Positions 1 to 7,580 of a stretch of DNA of 13,546 nucleotides are shown here, in pieces. The DNA is from a virus (taxonomy: Duplodnaviria > Heunggongvirae > Uroviricota > Caudoviricetes). The position numbers and the translations under genes were made by a program. The notes under the pieces are model-generated. The model saw only the letters and a list, made by a program, of their open reading frames with translations, did not search any database and was not told the origin of the DNA. The stretch lies in the IMG/VR virus record IMGVR_UViG_2565956716_000001. The stretch is one strand, 5' to 3'. Numbering within the stretch: the stretch's first letter is position 1; every line of letters begins with the position of its first letter.

Positions 1-1164
1 TTACGCCTTCTTTATATCCTCCATAATTCCACAGTGGGACATATTTGGGACATTATCACCAAAAATGTCGTCTATTTTCCTTGCATGCTCTGTCAAATGA
101 TTAGGCGCAAGGTGAGCATACCTACGAACCATTTCTATGGACTCCCATCCGCCCATTTCCTGAAGCACAGATAATGGGACGCCTGACTGGATCAGCCAGC
201 TTGCCCAGGTGTGTCTGAGGTCATGGAAACGGAAATCTTCAATTCCTGCACGACGACAAGCTGATAGCCATGATGTCTTGCTGTCGATGCGCATCTTCCT
301 GACCGCAGGCGTTGATGTTCCATCTGCTCGCTTAGCCGCCTTGGTATGTACAAACACCCATTTGTGATGCTTGCCTATTTGATCACGCAACACTTTACAG
401 GCGGTATCGTTCAGCGCCACACCAATGGCGCGGTTTGATTTGCTCTCTTCTGGATTCACCCAGGCAACTCGTCGCTGCATGTCGATTTGTTGCCATTCCA
501 GATTTATGATGTTCGACTTTCTCAGACCAGTTGCCAGCGCAAACTTGACGACAGATTTCAGTGGTTCGGGGCACTCATCAATAAGGCGTTTTGCTTCCTC
601 CTTTTCCAGCCATCTGACGCGCTTGTTTCTGACCGCTGGTATCTTGATGACAGGCGCTTTTTCCAGCCACTTCCAGTCGCGTTCTGCAGCACGGAGAATG
701 GCCTTTATCATGGCAAGATGCTTTGCCTTTGTCTGAGTTGATACTGGCTTTGGTTCATAAACAGGCGGTTCTTTACCTTTCCTGATGGCGGCCTGAACTT
801 TCTGTTTCCATATTTCTTTCGTCTTTCTGTTATGCATTCTGCTTACAGCAGAGTAAATCTTTGCCTCCGAGATATCTTTAAGCCTTATACCCTCAAAATG
901 TTCAAGCCAGAACTCAATCCGGCTTTTATCTGAATCGAGAGATTTTTTATCAGCTTTTTCTTCAAGCCATCTTAGGCAGGCCTCTTCAAAAGTGACATCA
1001 GGTAAATCCCCTAGCTTTTCTACTCGCCAGAGTTCTGCTTTTCGCTTGTCGTGCAACTCCTGAGCTTGCCGCTTGTCCTTTGTGCCAAGAGATTCCTTAA
1101 TTCGTTTCCCGCCCGGGAGCGAATACGAGGCATACCATATTTCATTTCTGCGGAAGAGTGACAT
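1..1164 (-). CDS. intD: Phage tyrosine integrase (P22/DLP12 Int family)
   Basis: 387-aa ORF with C-terminal tyrosine-recombinase motifs (HDLRHTWAS ... VRRYAHL). ATG at 1164 is preceded by a GAGGAAAG Shine-Dalgarno. N-terminus MSLFRR..WYASY..GKR is typical of P22-type integrases. The window starts on its stop codon, so the att site lies outside. Confidence 0.95.
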   Translation of the reverse strand: MSLFRRNEIWYASYSLPGGKRIKESLGTKDKRQAQELHDKRKAELWRVEKLGDLPDVTFEEACLRWLEEKADKKSLDSDKSRIEFWLEHFEGIRLKDISEAKIYSAVSRMHNRKTKEIWKQKVQAAIRKGKEPPVYEPKPVSTQTKAKHLAMIKAILRAAERDWKWLEKAPVIKIPAVRNKRVRWLEKEEAKRLIDECPEPLKSVVKFALATGLRKSNIINLEWQQIDMQRRVAWVNPEESKSNRAIGVALNDTACKVLRDQIGKHHKWVFVHTKAAKRADGTSTPAVRKMRIDSKTSWLSACRRAGIEDFRFHDLRHTWASWLIQSGVPLSVLQEMGGWESIEMVRRYAHLAPNHLTEHARKIDDIFGDNVPNMSHCGIMEDIKKA

Positions 1165-1391
1165 TTTCTTTCCTCTGTTATGCCATCACCCGCGCTCACC
1201 TGGACAGTATGCAGCGGAGACTGAAGCGCCGCAATGCAGGCTTGCCGTGTTGTGAGGTAAGGAGATTTTGGCTTGGTTGGATCTTTACGTGTTGCCTGTA
1301 GGCGGCCTGTTCGTATCCAGTTGGTGGCGGTTGGTCTGGATATCTGAAGAAACTGACAGGCCTCATCGAGTGTGAGGCTGTATGGCTCCAT
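1020..1391 (-). CDS. xisD: Excisionase (HTH DNA-binding, P22 Xis-like)
   Basis: ATG at 1391 with GGTGA RBS, overlapping the upstream stop as TAATG. N-terminal [26 protein letters not shown] is an excisionase-type HTH. The 3' end overlaps the int start by about 145 nt, as in many int-xis pairs. The longer 151-aa frame in the ORF track is probably a 5' over-extension. Confidence 0.65.
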   Translation of the reverse strand: MEPYSLTLDEACQFLQISRPTATNWIRTGRLQATRKDPTKPKSPYLTTRQACIAALQSPLHTVQVSAGDGITEERKCHSSAEMKYGMPRIRSRAGNELRNLLAQRTSGKLRSCTTSEKQNSGE

Positions 1392-1696
1392 TATTTCACC
1401 TCTTGCTGTGTCATTGTTGAAAAATGGATAACAGCTCGTTGCTGCCAGACGATCCAACCGAGAGTCATATCCCATGCCATGTATTCGTTATCGCCGTTTT
1501 TTGCTCTCCGACGATCTACTAAGTCACCGAAACGCTTTTCCATGAATAATTCATAGGCTTCGCGTTCATCTGGCTCTACTTCCAGAGATACGAGTGCGAT
1601 TTCATAAGCACGGCGCTCAATATCGTCTCGAACCTCTAGGCTGCTGATTCGTTCTTTGATTTCTTTAATCAGTTCTTTATTGGTAAATGTGGTCAT
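1391..1696 (-). CDS. Hypothetical acidic phage early protein (ea-like)
   Basis: 101-aa ORF whose ATG overlaps the upstream stop (TAATG) and whose stop overlaps the xis ATG, suggesting translational coupling. Codon usage is coherent; no family recognised. Confidence 0.5.
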   Translation of the reverse strand: MTTFTNKELIKEIKERISSLEVRDDIERRAYEIALVSLEVEPDEREAYELFMEKRFGDLVDRRRAKNGDNEYMAWDMTLGWIVWQQRAVIHFSTMTQQEVK

Positions 1697-1980
1697 TATG
1701 CTCCAGCCTCCGGTGCTTTTGGCATTACTGCCCAGTGAGTGATATTGACGTTTTCAAGGTCCCCGACCTGAAATGTCCACTGCCATTCTCCGGTTTCTTT
1801 TTGTCCCCAGGTGTACCAGAGAGAACGCCAGCCAATCAGCCAGCCTTCTCCATTAGCATCAAATAACAGAACACTTTCATTTGCTGGTGGCAGTTCAGCT
1901 GACACTGGTATTATTTTGTTTTCCAGTGCCCGCACATTTAGCTTCAAGCGCGTCGAATTTACGTACCAGGTACTCAGCAT
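1696..1980 (-). CDS. Hypothetical phage protein with DUF551-like C-terminus
   Basis: 94-aa ORF. The C-terminal W-rich segment ending ..ITHWAVMPKAPE resembles the DUF551 signature (..THWMPLPEPP) common in enterobacterial prophage early regions. Chained to the downstream ORF by stop/start overlap. Confidence 0.5.
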   Translation of the reverse strand: MLSTWYVNSTRLKLNVRALENKIIPVSAELPPANESVLLFDANGEGWLIGWRSLWYTWGQKETGEWQWTFQVGDLENVNITHWAVMPKAPEAGA

Positions 1981-2049
1981 TTGTTTCGTTCACTTTCAGA
2001 TCTCGCGGTACACATTTCCCGCGAAGAAACCCTTCCATTTCGAAAACAT

Positions 2050-2256
2050 TCATGCGCATTTGCGTAACTCCGATAAATCGTTAAAACGTTCCATAAACAT
2101 CCCGTAGGCATGACCCGGTGCCAGTGGAATCACGTTGAACATCTCTGTTGCCGGGATGCCTTCCAGTACAGGCCAGAAAGAGCCATCATCAAGCCCGAGA
2201 TCGCGGCGTTCGGTTGCCAGCATGATGAGATCGGCATATTTCACGGGTGTACTCAT
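2050..2256 (-). CDS. Hypothetical small protein (first gene of leftward int-proximal operon)
   Basis: 68-aa ORF from the ATG at 2256 (the ORF track extends to a TTG at 2274). No strong RBS and no recognised domain. Confidence 0.3.
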   Translation of the reverse strand: MSTPVKYADLIMLATERRDLGLDDGSFWPVLEGIPATEMFNVIPLAPGHAYGMFMERFNDLSELRKCA

Positions 2257-2777
2257 AACTGGGGGTAACCGCAATGCGTCGAATGTTTATCAGCTTAACG
2301 TTGCGAAGCTTCAGGCAGCGGCATTTTCTCAACTGTCAGATTCTGACCCGTCAAAATCTGACGCATCAAAATCTGACCCGTCAAAATTTGATGCGTCGAA
2401 ATCTGGCAAAAAAGCGGGTTTTCACCCGTCAGAATCTGGCGGGGATCCGTCAGTAAAATCAAAACATGATCCGTCAGATAAAAAAACTTCTCGTCCGGAC
2501 GCTTCGCAACCGGACACGCAGACGGCTGAACAGGAGTTTTTAACTCGCCATCCTGATGCGGTTGTATTCAGCCCTAAAAAGCGCCAGTGGGGAACGCAGG
2601 ATGATTTGACCTGCGCACAGTGGCTCTGGAAAAAAATCATCGCCCTGTACGAGCAGGCCGCCGAATGTGACGGCGAGGTGGTTCGTCCCAAAGAACCGAA
2701 CTGGACAGCCTGGGCAAACGAAATTCGCCTGATGTGTGTGAAGAGTGGTATCTGTCAGGGAATTACGTGGGGGCTTA
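2222..2777 (+). pseudogene. Lambda O-like replication initiator remnant (5'-truncated), containing the origin iterons
   Basis: The open frame runs through the iteron array, encoding a low-complexity linker (SDSDPSKSDASKSDPSKFDASKSG...), then about 90 protein-like codons (..AQWLWKKIIALYEQAAECDGEVVRPKEPNWTAWANEIRLMCVKSG..). Where an N-terminal DNA-binding domain should be encoded, the sequence is occupied by minus-strand ORFs. Beyond 2777 the frame turns G/R-rich and overlaps a better gene in another frame. Confidence 0.35.
2336..2410. repeat. Tandem 15-bp direct repeats (five copies, consensus TCAAAATCTGACCCG); putative ori iterons
   Basis: Read directly: tcagattctgacccg / tcaaaatctgacgca / tcaaaatctgacccg / tcaaaatttgatgcg / tcgaaatctggcaaa. 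Degenerate copies (gtcagaatctggcg, gtcagtaaaatc, gtcagataaaaaaac) and A-rich tracts follow to about 2485. Confidence 0.65.
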
Positions 2778-3104
2778 ATGACGACGTTAACTCAATGCCA
2801 GCAGCAGGTGCTGGATATGCTGATTTCTTACCAGAAAGAACGTGGCTTCCCGCCAACCAATCAGGAGGTGGCTACCATGCTGGGATACCGTTCAGTGAAT
2901 GCAGCGGTGGAGCATCTTCGCGCACTGGAGAAAAAAGGCGTCATCACGATAAAGCGTGGCGTGGCCCGGGGCATCACGCTTCATACCGCGGTGAAGGACG
3001 ACGACAGCGAGGTGGCCGGGATTATCCGCGCACTGCTTGCTGGTGAGGAAAACGCCAGGCTGCGTGCAGCCCACTGGTTACATGAGAGGGGGCTGAAAGT
3101 ATGA
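2778..3104 (+). CDS. LexA N-terminal DNA-binding-domain-like protein (winged HTH) lacking the S24 peptidase domain
   Basis: 108 aa from the ATG at 2778 (GGGGG upstream). MTTLTQCQQQVLDMLISYQKERGFPPTNQEVATMLGYRSVNAAVEHLRALEKKGVI aligns along its length with the LexA N-terminus ([56 protein letters not shown]). It ends in a short helical-looking tail and its stop overlaps the rusA ATG (ATGA). Confidence 0.7.
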   Translation: MTTLTQCQQQVLDMLISYQKERGFPPTNQEVATMLGYRSVNAAVEHLRALEKKGVITIKRGVARGITLHTAVKDDDSEVAGIIRALLAGEENARLRAAHWLHERGLKV

Positions 3105-3490
3105 AGCTGATTCTGCCTTTTCCACCCAGCGTGAACACCTACTGGCGACACCCCAACAAAGGGGCATTTGCTGGTAAGAGCCTGATAAGCGCGGCGGGGC
3201 GAAAATTCCAGAGTGCGGCGTGCACAGCAATAGTTGAGCAGTTACGTCGTCTGCCGAAACCAACGTCGGCACCTGCTTCAGTGGAGATCGTGTTGTTTCC
3301 TCCGGATAACCGGATCCGCGATCTGGACAACTATAACAAGGCGCTGTTTGACGCCCTGACCCACGCGGGTGTGTGGGAAGACGACAGTCAGGTGAAAAGA
3401 ATGCTGGTGGAGTGGGGACCGGTTATCCCGGAAGGGAAGGTCGAGATCACTATCAGTAAGTACGAGAAAACGGCGGGTGCAGCCGCCTGA
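3101..3490 (+). CDS. rusA: RusA-family Holliday junction resolvase
   Basis: 129 aa with GAGAGGGGG RBS. The motif RDLDNYNKALFDALTHAGVWEDDSQV matches the RusA catalytic-region signature (RDLDN...FDAL...DD.QV). Confidence 0.85.
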   Translation: MKLILPFPPSVNTYWRHPNKGAFAGKSLISAAGRKFQSAACTAIVEQLRRLPKPTSAPASVEIVLFPPDNRIRDLDNYNKALFDALTHAGVWEDDSQVKRMLVEWGPVIPEGKVEITISKYEKTAGAAA

Positions 3491-3509
3491 TCAAGAGGAG
3501 AAACGAAGT

Positions 3510-4307
3510 ATGAATAATCTGATGGTCATTGATGGTATTGAAGTTCGTCGTGATGCTTATGGGCGTTACAGCCTGAACGATCTGCACAGGGCTGCCGGTT
3601 CTCTGGATAAGCATAAGCCTGCATTCTGGCTCCGCAATGAGCAAACTGAACGTTTAATAAGCGAGTTGCAGATTTGCAACTCGGTCAATATAGAGCCAGT
3701 TAACGTTATTCGTGGCGGAAATAACCAGGGGACGTATGTCTGCAAAGAACTGGTGTATGCCTATGCAATGTGGATCAGCCCGTCATTCCATCTGAAGGTG
3801 ATCCGTACTTTCGATATGGTAACCAGCGCATCGGAAAAATTATCCGGGCAGGCTGCTGACAAGATGCAGGCTGGCGTGATTCTGCTGGACTTTATGCGCC
3901 GGGAGTTAAACCTGTCTAACTCTTCAGTGCTTGGTGCCTGTCAGAAACTCCAGGAGGCTGTTGGCTTACCGAATCTGGCACCGCGCTATGCCATTGATGC
4001 TCCTGCTGACGCGCCTGATGGCTCAAGCCGTCCCACGCTGTCACTGAGTGCACTGCTGAAGCAGTATGGTATCCGCCTGACAGCTAATCAGGCATATCAC
4101 CAGATGGTGAAGCTGGGGATCGTCGAGCAGCGCGAACGATACAGCCGTACCGCGATTAACAACATCAAAAAATTCTGGTCGCTGACAGCGAAAGGCTGCA
4201 TGTTCGGCAAGAACATCACCAGTCCCGCAAATCCGCGCGAGACGCAGCCGCATTTCTTCGAATCCCGATTCCCTGAGCTGTTAAAGCTGCTCGATACCGT
4301 TCATTGA
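3510..4307 (+). CDS. KilA-N domain DNA-binding protein (Roi/antirepressor-like)
   Basis: ATG at 3510 with AGAGGAG RBS. The N-terminal MNNLMVIDGIEVRRDAYGRYSLNDLHRAAG...KPAFWLRNEQT is a typical KilA-N domain; the C-terminal half is unassigned. Confidence 0.8.
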   Translation: MNNLMVIDGIEVRRDAYGRYSLNDLHRAAGSLDKHKPAFWLRNEQTERLISELQICNSVNIEPVNVIRGGNNQGTYVCKELVYAYAMWISPSFHLKVIRTFDMVTSASEKLSGQAADKMQAGVILLDFMRRELNLSNSSVLGACQKLQEAVGLPNLAPRYAIDAPADAPDGSSRPTLSLSALLKQYGIRLTANQAYHQMVKLGIVEQRERYSRTAINNIKKFWSLTAKGCMFGKNITSPANPRETQPHFFESRFPELLKLLDTVH

Positions 4308-4308
4308 G

Positions 4309-5304
4309 GTGACCGTGAGAGCACTACTGACCCCTGAAATTGCCCCGCGTATGGGGATCGTATTGTTCAGGCCCGGTTCAGAGCTGATGCCCCTGTTTAT
4401 GCAGGGGCGTGTACTGCTGGAGCCTGAGCCGGAGCATTATTCATCTTTCGCCAGTGGTGCCGTTCCCGCGGCATCACAACCGCTGGCGGATGATCCTGCC
4501 GTTCGGGCCGTGTTCCGTAATGAGGCAGTGATTCGTCGTGCTGGTGGGGTGGAATGTCTTGAAAGCTGGTTACTTCGTGAAAAAGGCTGCCAGTGGCCTC
4601 ATTCCGACTGGCACAGCGAGAACATGACCACAATGCGACACGCGCCGGGCGCAATCCGTCTGTGCTGGCACTGCGATAATCAGTTACGTGATCAGTTCAC
4701 GGAGCGGCTGGAATCAATGGCAACGGATAACTGTGCCCGTTGGGTGTTGTCTGTAGTCCGTCGGGATCTCGATTTTAATGATAACCATGCCGTGACAATG
4801 CCGGAACTGTGCTGGTGGCTGGTTCGTAATGACCTGGCGGATGCCTTACCGGAAAGCGCAGCCCGTAAGGCACTGAGATTACCGAAGTCTGTTTTGCCGT
4901 CTGTCACTCGGGAAAGTGACCTTGTGCCTTCGGTTCCTGCCACCAGCATTATCCAGGATAAAGCGAAAAAGGTGCTGGCGCTGAAAGTGGATCCGGAGTC
5001 GCCGGAGTCTTTTATGTTACGCCCCAAACGTCGTCGCTGGGTTAATGAACAGTACACGCGCTGGGTTAAGACGCAGCCGTGTGCATGTTGTGGAAAGCCA
5101 GCTGATGATCCGCATCATCTGATAGGCCATGGTCAGGGTGGAATGGGTACAAAAGCGCATGACCTTTTTGTGCTGCCTTTGTGCAGAAAACACCACGACG
5201 AACTGCATGCGGATACCGTGGCATTTGAAGAGAAGTATAGCTCCCAGCTGGAGCTGATATTTCGTTTTATCGATCGCGCACTGGCGATTGGTGTGCTGGC
5301 CTGA
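4309..5304 (+). CDS. DUF968-family protein with C-terminal HNH-like motif
   Basis: 331-aa ORF. The C-terminus [31 protein letters not shown] is the cysteine/histidine motif of DUF968 proteins found next to Q in lambdoid prophages. Start is uncertain: GTG at 4309 sits 1 nt after the upstream stop, with internal ATG alternatives. Confidence 0.7.
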   Translation: MTVRALLTPEIAPRMGIVLFRPGSELMPLFMQGRVLLEPEPEHYSSFASGAVPAASQPLADDPAVRAVFRNEAVIRRAGGVECLESWLLREKGCQWPHSDWHSENMTTMRHAPGAIRLCWHCDNQLRDQFTERLESMATDNCARWVLSVVRRDLDFNDNHAVTMPELCWWLVRNDLADALPESAARKALRLPKSVLPSVTRESDLVPSVPATSIIQDKAKKVLALKVDPESPESFMLRPKRRRWVNEQYTRWVKTQPCACCGKPADDPHHLIGHGQGGMGTKAHDLFVLPLCRKHHDELHADTVAFEEKYSSQLELIFRFIDRALAIGVLA

Positions 5305-5321
5305 TTTTGTGGAGAAAGTTA

Positions 5322-5705
5322 ATGCGTGATATTCAGATGGTTCTTGAACGTTGGGGAGCGTGGGCGGCTAATAATCATGAAGATGTGACCTGGTCGTCCA
5401 TTGCCGCCGGTTTTAAGGGATTAATTCCTTCAAAAGTAAAATCTCGCCCGCAATGTTGTGACGATGACGCGATGATCATTTGCGGGTGCATGGCCCGTCT
5501 GAAAAAGAACAACAGCGATTTGCACGATTTATTAGTAGATTATTATGTAGTCGGTATGACATTCATGTCACTGGCAGGTAAGCATTGCTGCTCTGATGGT
5601 TATATCGGGAAAAGGTTACAGAAGGCTGAGGGCATAATTGAAGGGATGTTAATGGCATTAGATATCCGGTTAGAGATGGATATCGTTGTTAATAACTCTA
5701 ATTAA
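5322..5705 (+). CDS. quuD: Late-gene antiterminator Q (DLP12 QuuD-type)
   Basis: 127 aa from the ATG at 5322 (GGAGAAAG RBS); the ORF track begins 5 codons earlier at a [21 protein letters not shown]... with a Cys-rich zinc-binding region ([12 protein letters not shown] ... HCC) fits the small Q antiterminator family. Confidence 0.85.
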   Translation: MRDIQMVLERWGAWAANNHEDVTWSSIAAGFKGLIPSKVKSRPQCCDDDAMIICGCMARLKKNNSDLHDLLVDYYVVGMTFMSLAGKHCCSDGYIGKRLQKAEGIIEGMLMALDIRLEMDIVVNNSN

Positions 5706-5728
5706 TATGCCAATTGTTTACTGAAAGT

Positions 5729-5756
5729 TATTAAAAATGGGGCGTTGCAACGCCCC
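5729..5756 (-). terminator. Intrinsic terminator for minus-strand (porin) transcripts
   Basis: Perfect palindrome GGGGCGTTGCAACGCCCC at 5739-5756, followed on the minus strand by ATTTTTAAT. On the plus strand it is followed by CAAAAATAAA, so it works in one direction only. Confidence 0.55.
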
Positions 5757-5844
5757 CAAAAATAAAGGGTAATATATAACAGAAGGTTTATATAGTTAGA
5801 AGCAAGGTTGTGCTCCTAAAGGAAGTGGCTTGAGGGAGCCACTT

Positions 5845-5885
5845 ATATGTTGGGGAGGCAACGCCTCCCGCAACATATCTTTTTC
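5845..5885 (+). terminator. Intrinsic terminator on plus strand downstream of Q (candidate tR'-like)
   Basis: Long hairpin ATATGTTG-GGGAGGC-AAC-GCCTCCC-G-CAACATAT at 5845-5878, followed by CTTTTT at 5879-5884. It lies about 140 nt after the Q stop, matching the lambda arrangement in which a short PR' transcript ends at tR' unless Q-modified. Confidence 0.5.
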
Positions 5886-5894
5886 GTAATCAGA

Positions 5895-6992
5895 TTAGAA
5901 CTGGTAAACCAGACCTACAGCAACGATGTCATCAGTGCTTACACCGAGTGCTTTAGTGAAGTCATTTTTGTCAAGCAGGTTGATTTTGTAATCAACGAAA
6001 GTAGACATATTTTTGTTGAAGTAATAGGTTGCACCTACATCAACATATTTGACTAAGTCCTGATCGCCCCATACTCCAAGATCCTTACCTTTAGATTGCA
6101 GGTAAGCAACGGACGGACGCAGACCGAAATCGAACTGATATTGTGCAACAGCTTCGAAGTTTTGAGCTTTATTAGCAACGAAGTGATCAGCAAATACAGT
6201 CATATTCTGGGTTTCAGAATAGGTAGTGGCCAGGTAAATGTTGTTAGCGTCATATTTCAGACCTGCGGCCCAAACTTCTGCATTTTTACCGGAAGCAAAT
6301 ACTTCAGGAAGAACTTTCCCTGCATTAACTTGAGTGTCGGTACGATCAGATTTCGCATAAGTTGCACCGATACCGAATCCTTCGTATTCATAGGTAGCAG
6401 AGAAACCGAAGCCATCACCGTTACCTTCGGTGTAGTTATCGAAATCGCTACGATCGTTTTTGCCTTGGTACTGAGCAGCAAAGTTCAGACCATCAACCAG
6501 ACCAAAGAAGTCGTTGTTACGATAGGTTGCAACACCAGTGGTGCGACCAGTCATGAACACATCTGTTTGGGTCCAGGTATCGCCACCGAATTCTGGCAGA
6601 ACGTCAGTCCACGCACCGATGTCGTATGCTACACCGTAGTTACGGCCGTAATCGATTGAGCCGTAGTCACCGAATTTCAGGCCTGCAAATGCAAGACGGG
6701 TTTTGTCTTTGGAGGAACCTTGAGATTCAGCGCGGTTGCCTTTGAATTCATATTCCCACTGACCGAAACCAGTCAGCTGATCGTTGATTTGGGTTTCGCC
6801 TTTGAAGCCCAGACGAACATAAGTAGTATCACCATCATCTGCATCGTTAGAGGAAAAGTAGTGCTTGGCATTAACTTTCCCGTACAGATCCAGCTTGTTA
6901 CTGTCTTTATTATAAATTTCAGCTGCCTGAGCAGACATCGCCATCAGTACTGATGCAGCTACAGCAGAAATTGCCACTGTTAATTTTTTCAT
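5895..6992 (-). CDS. nmpC: Outer-membrane general porin NmpC (OmpC/OmpD/Lc family), intact
   Basis: 365 aa with signal peptide [27 protein letters not shown] and a C-terminal ..VAVGLVYQF beta-barrel motif ending in Phe. ATG at 6992. Uninterrupted ORF in this window. Confidence 0.95.
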   Translation of the reverse strand: MKKLTVAISAVAASVLMAMSAQAAEIYNKDSNKLDLYGKVNAKHYFSSNDADDGDTTYVRLGFKGETQINDQLTGFGQWEYEFKGNRAESQGSSKDKTRLAFAGLKFGDYGSIDYGRNYGVAYDIGAWTDVLPEFGGDTWTQTDVFMTGRTTGVATYRNNDFFGLVDGLNFAAQYQGKNDRSDFDNYTEGNGDGFGFSATYEYEGFGIGATYAKSDRTDTQVNAGKVLPEVFASGKNAEVWAAGLKYDANNIYLATTYSETQNMTVFADHFVANKAQNFEAVAQYQFDFGLRPSVAYLQSKGKDLGVWGDQDLVKYVDVGATYYFNKNMSTFVDYKINLLDKNDFTKALGVSTDDIVAVGLVYQF

Positions 6993-7470
6993 CGTGAGCC
7001 CTTTTTTTTGAACTATTATTAAAAAATGATGTCACTGCGCGATAAATATTCATCTAATCAATGTGATTATTTCAAGATGTAAGTTTTAGTTTCTCATTTA
7101 ATTTGTGAAGTAGATCTCTATTTTTATCTGAACTTTTTCTATCGAAACCTATTTATGGCTCTTATTTGAACAAAAATAAATCTATTAGCTAATTTATATT
7201 AATGGCTGTTATTTATGGTGGTTCTATAATTTGTCTGTTTAATTTAAACCAGCTAAAAATAACGCTGGAAATTATTTATTGGTTATTTGTTGAAGTTTTC
7301 TTATGTATTTGTGGTGGTGTTTTGAACACTCGGTAGCATTCTCATAAATATCATTCAGTGGTTTACGTACGTAAAAAATTGGTTATGCTGTTAAGAGTGG
7401 TTACTTCGTCACACAGCTTAAACCCGCCGTCGAGCTGGTTTTTCCATTTTTTGAGTCTCGATATTAGCTG
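6993..7470. promoter_or_regulatory. AT-rich regulatory region upstream of nmpC (porin promoter, likely nucleoid-protein bound)
   Basis: About 480 bp of strongly AT-rich non-coding sequence between the divergent porin and lysis genes, with no ORF of 60 aa or more. No promoter elements could be assigned with confidence. Confidence 0.3.
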
Positions 7471-7528
7471 ATAACTCAATACCTGAGTTATTCACTGACT
7501 CGGAGTCAGTTACGTTTCTGCTTTTTTG
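7471..7528 (+). terminator. Tandem hairpins plus T-tract upstream of the holin gene (possible terminator or operator)
   Basis: ATAACTCA-ATACC-TGAGTTAT (7471-7491) and ACTGACT-CGG-AGTCAGT (7494-7510), then CTTTTTTG at 7521-7528. The T-run lies about 11 nt from the second stem, so terminator function is uncertain. Confidence 0.3.
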
Positions 7529-7580
7529 CGATACGTTGTATTCCCTCAATTTACACCCGCTTTGTCTGCGAGGTGGGGTT

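Larger units (their letters stand above)
5729..5900 (-). ncRNA. ipeX: Possible IpeX-like sRNA at the 3' end of nmpC
   Basis: Inference from established knowledge: in DLP12 a small RNA (IpeX) is reported at the 3' end of nmpC. Here the porin stop at 5895 is followed on the minus strand by a structured segment ending at the terminator at 5739-5756. Boundaries are approximate and not verifiable from sequence. Confidence 0.25.

Noticed and set aside
425-741. Two plus-strand ORFs (103 and 84 aa) inside the integrase gene
   Set aside because: Antisense to a well-supported integrase, with no RBS and biased composition. Spurious.
2274-2456. 60-aa plus-strand ORF reading through the iterons (..TRQNLTHQNLTRQNL..)
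   Set aside because: The 15-bp repeat period keeps all frames open; this frame translates to a periodic artefact with no flanking coding signal.
2336-2485. Tandem repeats as a possible CRISPR array
   Set aside because: The 15-bp units are directly adjacent with no spacers, degenerate, sit inside a coding frame, and no cas genes are present.
2778-3046. 3' extension of the 303-aa ORF (G/R-rich tail) overlapping the LexA-like gene
   Set aside because: The translation becomes low-complexity and the alternative frame encodes a clearly homologous protein. Treated as read-through of a truncated frame.
6096-6953. Plus-strand ORFs of 187 and 77 aa, and a minus-strand 74-aa ORF, within nmpC
   Set aside because: Antisense or alternative frames of the porin gene; the translations are low complexity.
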